In this document: positions 25,739-32,000 of the stretch, one piece after another
Layout: every line of letters begins with the position of its first letter
Position numbering within the stretch: position 1 is the first letter of the stretch
DNA from: Ktedonobacterales bacterium
GTDB lineage: Bacteria > Chloroflexota > Ktedonobacteria > Ktedonobacterales > JADMIN01
Length of the DNA stretch: 32,000 nucleotides
Reading direction: 5' to 3'
Assembly (NCBI GenBank): GCA_030167145.1
Contig: CP126532.1
Coordinates: forward strand, 2,580,001-2,612,000
The notes under the pieces: model-generated
The model's database searches: none
What the model saw: the letters and a program-made list of their open reading frames with translations, nothing else
Told to the model about the DNA's origin: nothing
Position numbers and translations under genes: made by a program

Positions 25739-26339
25739 GCGCCGTCGCGCCGGTGGGCTGGACGATCAGCGCGGCGTAGATCGCCCCCATGCGCTCCGGT
25801 GGGTAAGGCATGTCGTGCTCCAGCCACCACTGAATCAGCGCGACCGACGAGGCGACGATGTGATGCGCCACGATCTCTGGCGGCACGATGCTAGCGGCTT
25901 GCGGAAGGGTGTCGCCGCGCACGCTCTGGGTGCCCAAGGTGATCAGCTTGCGGGTTAGCGGCATACTGCCTGTCAAAACACGGCACACCTCGCTATGCTC
26001 GCCTACGTAGCGGAAGATCAAGGTGCCCATCGCCGCCGGATCGGCGCCGTTCGCGGGGAGCAGCAGTTCTAACATCTCGGCCAGCACCACATCCAGCACG
26101 TCTTCGAGCAGTTCATCCTTGTCGTGATAATGCCGGAAGAAGGTGGCGTAGCCCACATCGGCGCGCTCGGTGATGTCGCGGATGGTGACGACATCGTAGC
26201 CCTTCTCCAGGGTGAGTGTGATCAGCGCCTTCGCTAGCAGCCGCTGTGTGCGTTTTACCCGCCGGTCTTCTACATTCATCAGCACCCCATCGGACTTTCC
26301 GCTGTTCCGCGTGAACACACGTGGCAAGGCGCGTTTCAT
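25728..26339 (-). CDS. TetR/AcrR family transcriptional regulator
   Basis: RVKRTQRLLAKALITLTLEKGYDVVTIRDITERADVGYATFFRHYHDKDELL is a canonical TetR HTH. There are two possible ATG starts (26339 or 26279). 26339 sits 7 nt downstream of an extended -10 (TGGTAAAAT, 26354-26346), which is compatible with a leaderless mRNA. The 3' end overlaps the convergent DUF2071 gene by 11 bp. Confidence 0.8.
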   Translation of the reverse strand: MKRALPRVFTRNSGKSDGVLMNVEDRRVKRTQRLLAKALITLTLEKGYDVVTIRDITERADVGYATFFRHYHDKDELLEDVLDVVLAEMLELLLPANGADPAAMGTLIFRYVGEHSEVCRVLTGSMPLTRKLITLGTQSVRGDTLPQAASIVPPEIVAHHIVASSVALIQWWLEHDMPYPPERMGAIYAALIVQPTGATALSG

Positions 26340-26382
26340 TTGCTCATTTTACCATGCCGCGCGCCGCTGCGGCGTGTATTCC

Positions 26383-26460
26383 TTGACAGGGGATTCGATA
26401 TGATATACAATATATCATAAGATATGTTATATACAACAATGTACACTACATATCATATTT
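26383..26460 (+). promoter_or_regulatory. P450 promoter with overlapping AT-rich palindromes (probable TetR operator)
   Basis: TTGACA at 26383-26388, a 17-nt spacer, then TACAAT at 26406-26411. The perfect inverted repeat ATGATATA-CAA-TATATCAT (26400-26418) overlaps the -10. A second inverted repeat, GATATGT...ACATATC, spans about 26421-26454. This is the most AT-rich stretch in the window. Confidence 0.55.
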
Positions 26461-26514
26461 TGCGATGTTGTCTCTTTTCCACCGCCAGCAGGCGAAGGAA
26501 TAGCGTAGATACCC

Positions 26515-27774
26515 ATGCCAGCCGAACTCACCAGCGCACCAGTCTCCGAGCGGGAAACCCACTCCACCACTGGCCGCTGCCCCATTGACCACCATCCATA
26601 TGCTGTCCAGAAGACGGCCCGCACGAGCGAGCCGGTCGGCGTGCCCATCCTGCGCGATGCCGAGGGTGTCTGGCACGTGCGCGGGCACGAGGAGGCGCGG
26701 GCCATCCTGCGCAGCCCCGATACGAAACAGAGCGGCTTCAAGGCCGAACTGATCGAACGTTTGCCCCGCGCGATGAATTTGCCGATCCTGTATCAGGAGG
26801 GCAAACCGCACCAGCAGCAGCGCAAACAGACAGCGCGCTTCTTCACGCCGAAGGCGGTGAGCGCGAACTACCGGCGCTTGATGGAAACGCTGTCCGATCA
26901 ATTTGTCGCCGACCTCCAATCCGCGCGTCGCGCTGATCTGAGCCGCCTGAGCCTGGCGCTGGCCGTGCGGGTGGCGGCGGAGATCATCGGTCTGACCAAC
27001 AGCCGCCGCCCTGGCATGGAGAAGCGGTTGGCGGTGTTCTTCGCGATGGAGCCGGGAGACCTGAGCTGGCGGCCCAGCGCGCTGTTGCGCTATCTGCGCG
27101 GGCAGACGCAGATCGCCGCATTCTATCTGCTGGACGTGCGCCCGGCGATCAAGGCGCGCCGCCGCCAGCCGCGCGAAGACGTGATCTCGCACCTGATCGC
27201 TCAGGGCTACCGCGACAGCGAGATACTCACCGAATGCGTGACCTACGGCGCGGCGGGGATGATCACCACGCGCGAATTCATTAGCGTGGCCACATGGCAT
27301 CTGCTGGAACAGCCCGCGTTGCGCGCCCGCTACCTCGTCGCGCCTGAAGCGGAACGCCATGCCATGCTCGAAGAGATTCTGCGGCTGGAGCCAGTAGTTG
27401 GTCATCTGTATCGCCGCGCTACTGCCGATCTGCAGATCGAGAGCAATGGCGGGCAGGTCACGATTGCCGAGGGCGACTTGATTGACGTGCATATCTACGC
27501 GGTCAACGCCGATGAGGCGGTGGTGGGTGAGCAGCCGCTGGCGCTCTGCCCCGGACGCGAACTGCACGCCGACCGCGTGGCGCCCTCGGTGATGGGCTTC
27601 GGCGACGGCCAGCATCGTTGCCCCGGCTCGTATGTGGCGATTCAGGAGACGGACATCTTCTTGCGGCTGCTGCTGGCGCTGGATGGGCTGCGGATCGAGT
27701 GCGCGCCCACGCTGAGTTGGAACGAGCTGGTCACGGGCTACGAACTGCGCGACTTCATGCTCGCGCTGGACTAG
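26515..27774 (+). CDS. Cytochrome P450
   Basis: Heme-thiolate loop FGDGQHRCPGSYVAIQE (FxxGxxxCxG), an ExxR-type EILRLEP motif, and AGMITTREF in the I-helix region. 419 aa. Confidence 0.85.
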   Translation: MPAELTSAPVSERETHSTTGRCPIDHHPYAVQKTARTSEPVGVPILRDAEGVWHVRGHEEARAILRSPDTKQSGFKAELIERLPRAMNLPILYQEGKPHQQQRKQTARFFTPKAVSANYRRLMETLSDQFVADLQSARRADLSRLSLALAVRVAAEIIGLTNSRRPGMEKRLAVFFAMEPGDLSWRPSALLRYLRGQTQIAAFYLLDVRPAIKARRRQPREDVISHLIAQGYRDSEILTECVTYGAAGMITTREFISVATWHLLEQPALRARYLVAPEAERHAMLEEILRLEPVVGHLYRRATADLQIESNGGQVTIAEGDLIDVHIYAVNADEAVVGEQPLALCPGRELHADRVAPSVMGFGDGQHRCPGSYVAIQETDIFLRLLLALDGLRIECAPTLSWNELVTGYELRDFMLALD

Positions 27775-27782
27775 ACGGCGTG

Positions 27783-28979
27783 TCACTTGAGGTACTCCAG
27801 GGTGGCGCGGGCCAGCACTTCGACGCCGATGGACAGGGAGTCTTCGTCAATGTCGAAGCGGGCGCTGTGGTGCGGCGCGGTGATGCCACGCTCAGCGTTG
27901 CCCGCGCCGACGAGGAAGTAGGAGCCGGGGACGGCGGCAAGGAAGAGGGCCATGTCGTCGCTGACGGGGAGGCGGTTGTCGCCGCGCGGGACGTTGCTGG
28001 CGCCGACGGTGGCGTCGGCGGCGCGGCGAATCAGGTCGGTGATGGCGGGGTCGTTGTCGCAGGCGCGCACGCCTGGGCCGATCTCGACGCGGGCCTCGCC
28101 GCGCATGCCGCTGGCGATGCTCTGGGCGACCTCGCGCACACGCAGGTGCAGGTGTTCGCGGTCGGCCTGATCGTAGGCGCGGATGGTGCCGATCATCTCG
28201 ACTTCGTCGGCGATGATGTTGCCAGCGGTGCCGCCATGGATCGCGCCGATGGTGACGACGCCCGCGTGCAGGGGCGAGATCTCGCGGCTGACCAGCGTTT
28301 GCAGGGCGGCGAGGATCTGCGCGGCGATCAGGATGGGGTCTACATTCAGGTGCGGCATGGCGCCGTGGCCGCCGCGCCCACGCACGCGAATCTTGACTTC
28401 GTCGGCGCTGGCGAAGATTGGCCCAGTCTGGACGCCGACGGTGCCGACGGGTAGGGTGCTCCACAGGTGGAGTCCGATGACGGCGTTGACGTCGGGGTTT
28501 TGCAAGACGCCGTCACGGATCATGGGTTCGGCCCCGCCGACGCGCTCTTCGGCGGGCTGAAAGGCGAATTTGACATTGCCGCGCAGGTGGTCGCGCTGGG
28601 CAAAGAGCAGTTCGGCGAGGGTGAGGGCGATGGCGGTGTGGCCGTCATGCCCGCAGGCGTGCATGATGCCTAGCTTCTGGGATTTGTATGGCACGTCGTT
28701 GGCTTCGGTGACGGGCAGGGCATCAATATCGGCGCGGACGAGCAGCGTGCGGTCGGAGCCGCCGTCTTTCGTGCCGCGCAGGAGGCCGACGACGCCGTAG
28801 CCGCCAACGTTTTCGGTGACGTCAAGGCCGGTGTTGCGCAGGCGCGCGGCGATGGTGGCGGCGGTTTCACGTTCTTCGAAGGAAAGCTCTGGGTGCTGGT
28901 GGAAGTAGCGGCGCAGTTCGATCAGTGCGGGCCGCCGCTGCTGGATATCTGCCTTCAGGGCGTCTTTGGTTCGGGGCAT
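27783..28979 (-). CDS. M20D-family amidohydrolase (N-acyl-amino-acid amidohydrolase / hippurate-hydrolase-like)
   Basis: ELRRYFHQHPELSFEERETAATIAARL...LLVRADIDALPV...GIMHACGHDGHTAIAL...FQPAEE are the hallmark M20D motifs. ATG at 28979 is preceded by AGGAGA. The 53 upstream codons of the track ORF run through a repeat element and are rejected. Confidence 0.85.
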   Translation of the reverse strand: MPRTKDALKADIQQRRPALIELRRYFHQHPELSFEERETAATIAARLRNTGLDVTENVGGYGVVGLLRGTKDGGSDRTLLVRADIDALPVTEANDVPYKSQKLGIMHACGHDGHTAIALTLAELLFAQRDHLRGNVKFAFQPAEERVGGAEPMIRDGVLQNPDVNAVIGLHLWSTLPVGTVGVQTGPIFASADEVKIRVRGRGGHGAMPHLNVDPILIAAQILAALQTLVSREISPLHAGVVTIGAIHGGTAGNIIADEVEMIGTIRAYDQADREHLHLRVREVAQSIASGMRGEARVEIGPGVRACDNDPAITDLIRRAADATVGASNVPRGDNRLPVSDDMALFLAAVPGSYFLVGAGNAERGITAPHHSARFDIDEDSLSIGVEVLARATLEYLK

Positions 28980-29070
28980 GTGGTTTGGTGTCTCCTGATG
29001 GGTGCTGAATGAATAGGCGCTGATGTGGATGGAAATGATGTCCTTCAAGGATACCGCAACCGGGCAAGGA

Positions 29071-29120
29071 GGGATCTCTCCCCCCAACCCCCTCCCCTCG
29101 CAGGGGAGGGGGAGCAGAGG
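29071..29120. repeat. C-rich/G-rich hairpin element (copy 2, reverse orientation relative to 1378-1420)
   Basis: gggatctctccccccaaCCCCCTCCCCTcgcAGGGGAGGGGGagcagagg has a perfect 11-bp stem with a 3-nt loop. Confidence 0.55.
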
Positions 29121-29156
29121 CGGCCCGTCCTCGGCCATGATGCAGTTTTACAACTT

Positions 29157-30172
29157 GGGAGTTGTGCTAGTTCGTTGAGTTGACAAGAACGCCTCGGTTG
29201 GCTACAAGGGAACAAACTACACCGTTCCGTTGGGACCGACCGAGGTGATGTGGATGATACGCGATTTTGACGACTTCTGCACGTGGATGTATGTGCTCAT
29301 TAGCGACCTGTTCGTTGCGATTGCTCCGCTGGTCGCACGCCCCGGCCCGCTGCCGGTCTGCACCGATGCCGAACTGATCACGATGGCAATCGTCGGCGAA
29401 TGTGCTGGCTGGGACCAGGAGACCGTTCTCCTGAGCCGCTGGCAGGACCATCGCGACCTGTTTCCGCACCAGCCCGAACGCAGCCGCTTCAATCGCCGTC
29501 GGCGTGATCTGGCACCGGCCATCAACCTGGTGCGTCAAGCCGTCGTACAGGTGCTGGATCTCGCCCAGGACTCGCACTGTATCATCGATAGTCTGCCCAT
29601 CCCCGTGGTGCAGTTCTATTACGTGCCCCAGGCCAACTCCGACTGGAAGGCGGCAGGCGCCACCTTTGGCCATTGCTGCTCCAAGAAGCAGGCCATCTTT
29701 GGCTATAAACTGCATCTGCTGATCACCCAAGGCGGCGTCATTCGCGACTTCGCGCTGGCGCCCGCGCATGTCACCGACCGCGAAGTCGCCGGCGAATTGC
29801 TCCATGACCATACCCACCTGCTCGTACTCGCCGATAAAGGCTATATCAGCCACTCCCTGGCGGCTGACCTGCGCGCCGAGCGCCACCTCGCCCTTGTGAC
29901 CATCCCGCGCAGCAATCAGCGGGTGCAGCCCTCGGCGGCGTTTCGCCACCTCCATGCGCATCTGCGCCAACTGATCGAGACGGTCAATAGCCAATTAGCC
30001 CTCCAGTTCCCTATCGAGACCAACCATGCCCATAGCTTCTGGGGGCTGACCGCGCGGCTCTACACCAAACTGGCCGCCCATACCCTCTGTCTCTGGCTCA
30101 ATCGCCTGCTCGGGGTGGCTGAGGTCTTACATCTCAAGACGCTCGCCTTCCCCAACATCTAGCACAACTCCC
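29157..30172 (+). mobile_element. IS982-family insertion sequence (1016 bp)
   Basis: Perfect 14-bp terminal inverted repeats GGGAGTTGTGCTAG (29157-29170) and CTAGCACAACTCCC (30159-30172). Flanked by the direct repeat AACTT (29152-29156 and 30173-30177). A single transposase ORF ends inside the right repeat. Confidence 0.85.
29248..30162 (+). CDS. IS982-family DDE transposase
   Basis: DDFCTWM...CTDAELITMAIVGE...DSLPIPVVQFY...FGYKLHLLITQGGVIRDFALAPAHVTDREV...LLVLADKGYIS...IETVNSQL is typical of the IS982/DDE_Tnp_1-like family. The start is ATG 29248 or ATG 29254 (GAGGTG just upstream). The track start at 29230 is a TTG. Confidence 0.8.
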   Translation: MWMIRDFDDFCTWMYVLISDLFVAIAPLVARPGPLPVCTDAELITMAIVGECAGWDQETVLLSRWQDHRDLFPHQPERSRFNRRRRDLAPAINLVRQAVVQVLDLAQDSHCIIDSLPIPVVQFYYVPQANSDWKAAGATFGHCCSKKQAIFGYKLHLLITQGGVIRDFALAPAHVTDREVAGELLHDHTHLLVLADKGYISHSLAADLRAERHLALVTIPRSNQRVQPSAAFRHLHAHLRQLIETVNSQLALQFPIETNHAHSFWGLTARLYTKLAAHTLCLWLNRLLGVAEVLHLKTLAFPNI

Positions 30173-30220
30173 AACTTAATCGGGTAATGGTAGACTGACC
30201 TCCAAAAAGGAGGTGTGCAG

Positions 30221-31271
30221 ATGCGTCAACGTCGCTTGGCCCTGACAGCGGGGCAACGTCGCGAGTTAGTACAGATGCGTGACCGTGATCGTCGCGCCTA
30301 TTTGCGGGAACGGGCCGCCGCGCTGCTCAAAATCGCGGAGGGCCGCTCGGTACGAGCGGTCGCCCTCCGCGGGCTGCACCGCCGCCGCAAGCCTGACACG
30401 GTCTATGGCTGGCTCAATGCCTACCTGACCGGTGGCGTGGCGGCGCTGGTGCAGCGTGCGCGCGGCCACCGGGGTTTTTCCCCCTCAGCAGGGGCGCGAA
30501 TTGCTCCAGGTGCTGCACCAAGCGCCTGAACGCTTTGCCGTGGCGCGTGCGCGCTGGCGGTTGGTGGACTTGCGGCAGGTGCTTCCCTGGTTAGCGCACT
30601 ACACCTTAGCCGGGATCTGGCGCGCCTTGCGGCGGCTGGGGGGTCGCACCAAACGCGGACGGCTCAGTGTCCACAGTCCCGATCCGCACTACGCTGAGAA
30701 GTGCTTTGCCATTGAGCAGGTCTGTGCGCTGGCCCAGCAGCAGCCGCAGCGGGTGCGGGTGTTCTACGGCGACGAATTCAGCCTGTATCGCCAGCCGAGC
30801 CTGGCGGCGCGCTTTGCGCCGCGTGGGCACCGGCCCAAGGCGCGGCTCGCACCCCGCGCCACCACCCGCTACCGCGTCAGTGGGGCGCTGGATGTCGTCA
30901 GTGGCCAGGTGCACTACACCACCGGCGCCAAGATGGGGGTCAAGGGCCTCTGCGCCTTCCTGGCGCAGTTGCGCGCCCGCTCCCCCCACCACCGGCTGGT
31001 CCTGATCTGGGACAACTGGCCGGTCCACCAGCACCCCGATGTGCTCGCCCAAGCCGCGGCGTTACACATTCGGCTCCTCTGGCTGCCGACCTATGCGCCT
31101 TGGACCAATCCGATCGAAAAGCTCTGGCGCTGGCTCAAGCAGACGCTGCTGCATCACCACCGTCTCGCCGACCGCTGGGACGACTTGAAAGGCGCGGCGC
31201 TCGCCTTTCTCGACCAGTTCGCCACCGACTCATCGGCGCTCCTGCGCTATGTTGGCCTATTACCCGATTAA
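30221..31271 (+). pseudogene. IS630-family transposase, split into two frames (+1 shift at a G4T5C5 tract)
   Basis: The first frame (30221-30529) encodes an HTH region (RELVQMRDRDRRAYLRERAAALLKIAEGRSVRAVA..., GWLNAYLTGGVAAL). The +1 frame, from about 30480 to 31271, encodes the DDE_3 core (VFYGDEFSL...IWDNWPVHQ...LPTYAPWTNPIEKLWRWLK). Skipping one base in 30471-30484 gives a continuous ~349-aa protein (...RGHRGFPPQQGRELLQVL...). ATG at 30221 is preceded by AAGGAGGTG. Confidence 0.75.
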
Positions 31272-31299
31272 GTTGTAAAACTGCATTATGGCCGACGCA

Positions 31300-31570
31300 C
31301 AAGGGTAGTGGCATGAATGCCAGAGTGGCCGATGTAGCCGATATTCCCGGAAGGCAGACAGGAATGTTTGCCCTATGAGGGCAGTGGCCGGAGTGGCCGA
31401 TTTTTGACTTGGCGGGATGGATATGGCCGAAATGGCCGATTTTGCAATACGTGCATGATGCAGTTGCCGGAGTTGCCAGCGAGACGCTGGCGCTCCATGC
31501 GCGAGTGGCCGAAATGGCCGAAATGGCCGAAATGGCCGATGTGGCTGATTTGGCTGATTTGGTTGATGGT
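31300..31570. repeat. Non-coding repeat cluster R2: the same 9-bp-periodic family as R1, in reverse-complement orientation, including a 7-unit tandem array
   Basis: 7 x 9 bp at 31506-31568: TGGCCGAAA x3, TGGCCGATG, TGGCTGATT x2, TGGTTGATG. Dimers: TGGCCGATGTAGCCGATA 31326-31343, TGGCCGGAGTGGCCGATT 31385-31402, TGGCCGAAATGGCCGATT 31424-31441, TTGCCGGAGTTGCCAGCG 31464-31481. Hairpin GGCAGACA-GGAA-TGTTTGCC at 31353-31372. Palindrome TGGCATGAATGCCA at 31309-31322. Confidence 0.8.
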
Positions 31571-31732
31571 GCATGGGTGTGGGCATGTGGGCGTTCCTTG
31601 CGCGGGAGTGGGGGAGACATGGGGCGCTGGGGTAGTGTAGCATGCGAGGTGGGGAAGCGGAGGGGGTGAGGGCGGTCGAATGCGGTCAGATGTGGACGCG
31701 AGGATATGGGAGGCGGACGGGGAGTGAGGTAG

Positions 31733-32000
31733 TTACCACCGGCCATAGAGCAACTGATCGCGCATCTCTTCGGGGGTTGTGGTCAGTGCCAGCAGTTCGA
31801 GATACTCAACGCACGCTCCGATACTGAGTTGTACGGGAAAATAGACGATGCCCGCATGGGGGCGCTGGTTGAGACTGTGCTGGACAAAGTCGCTATCTTC
31901 GGTCACCAAGACACGCGCGCCTTCTGTGGCAAAGCGTAGCTGGGCCTCGTCTGGATATTTCTGGTTCGCCCGGCCAGCTTCGACAGTGGTGAGCACATCA
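31733..32000 (-). CDS. DUF5615 (PIN-like, Mut7-C-related) family protein, C-terminal part (5' end outside window)
   Basis: ...DEAQLRFATEGARVLVTEDSDFVQHSLNQRPHAGIVYF matches the A..EgRvLvT.D.DF......h.Gii pattern of DUF5615. The frame stays open to the window edge. Stop at 31733-31735. Confidence 0.55.
   Translation of the reverse strand, partial: DVLTTVEAGRANQKYPDEAQLRFATEGARVLVTEDSDFVQHSLNQRPHAGIVYFPVQLSIGACVEYLELLALTTTPEEMRDQLLYGRW

Larger units (their letters stand above)
29151..31275 (+). mobile_element. IS630-family insertion sequence, disrupted by an IS982-family insertion in its left terminal repeat
   Basis: Ends CAACTT[IS982]AACTTAATCGGGTAATGG (left) and CTATTACCCGATTAAGTTG (right) are inverted repeats once 29157-30177 is removed. 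The element is flanked by TA (29149-29150 and 31276-31277). It is about 1.1 kb without the insert and encodes a DDE_3/IS630-type transposase. Confidence 0.8.

Overview
High-GC bacterial chromosomal DNA (roughly 60-65% by eye). Lineage cannot be established from the sequence alone. I can support about 26 protein-coding genes. In order they are: a DUF2182 membrane protein (3' part), an ArsR-type regulator, an isolated phage-portal-like gene, a degenerate receiver-domain protein with a small hypothetical, a single-pass membrane protein, an 885-aa Rho factor, a lone HicB, two tandem paralogous Ser/Thr kinases, a membrane-anchored MutS-domain-V ATPase, a GT-C (ArnT/PMT-like) glycosyltransferase, a SAM methyltransferase, a GNAT acetyltransferase, DUF4291, an FAD dehydrogenase, a MerR-SnoaL-DUF2071 operon, a divergent TetR/P450 pair, an M20 amidohydrolase, two insertion sequences and a partial DUF5615 gene. 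I saw no rRNA, tRNA, CRISPR array or recognisable defence operon. The signals the gene list does not explain are non-coding. (1) Two dense DnaA-box clusters (3285-3560 and 5309-5682) flank a three-gene island and are followed by a 1.2-kb ORF-free tract with a near-consensus promoter. This is a candidate replication origin or DnaA-titration locus, with no dnaA in the window. (2) A family of 9-bp-periodic direct repeats (WWTCGGCMR / TGGCCGAWW) is interspersed with a conserved GACATTCTTGTC hairpin. It occurs at 2696-3270, abutting the first DnaA-box cluster, and again in inverted orientation at 31300-31570. (3) Rho carries a ~500-residue N-terminal low-complexity extension and lacks a recognisable N-terminal helix bundle. 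(4) An IS982-family element sits inside the left terminal repeat of an IS630-family element, which itself lies at the central TA of a 34-bp palindrome. Many long ORFs in the supplied track are high-GC antisense or shadow frames and are rejected.
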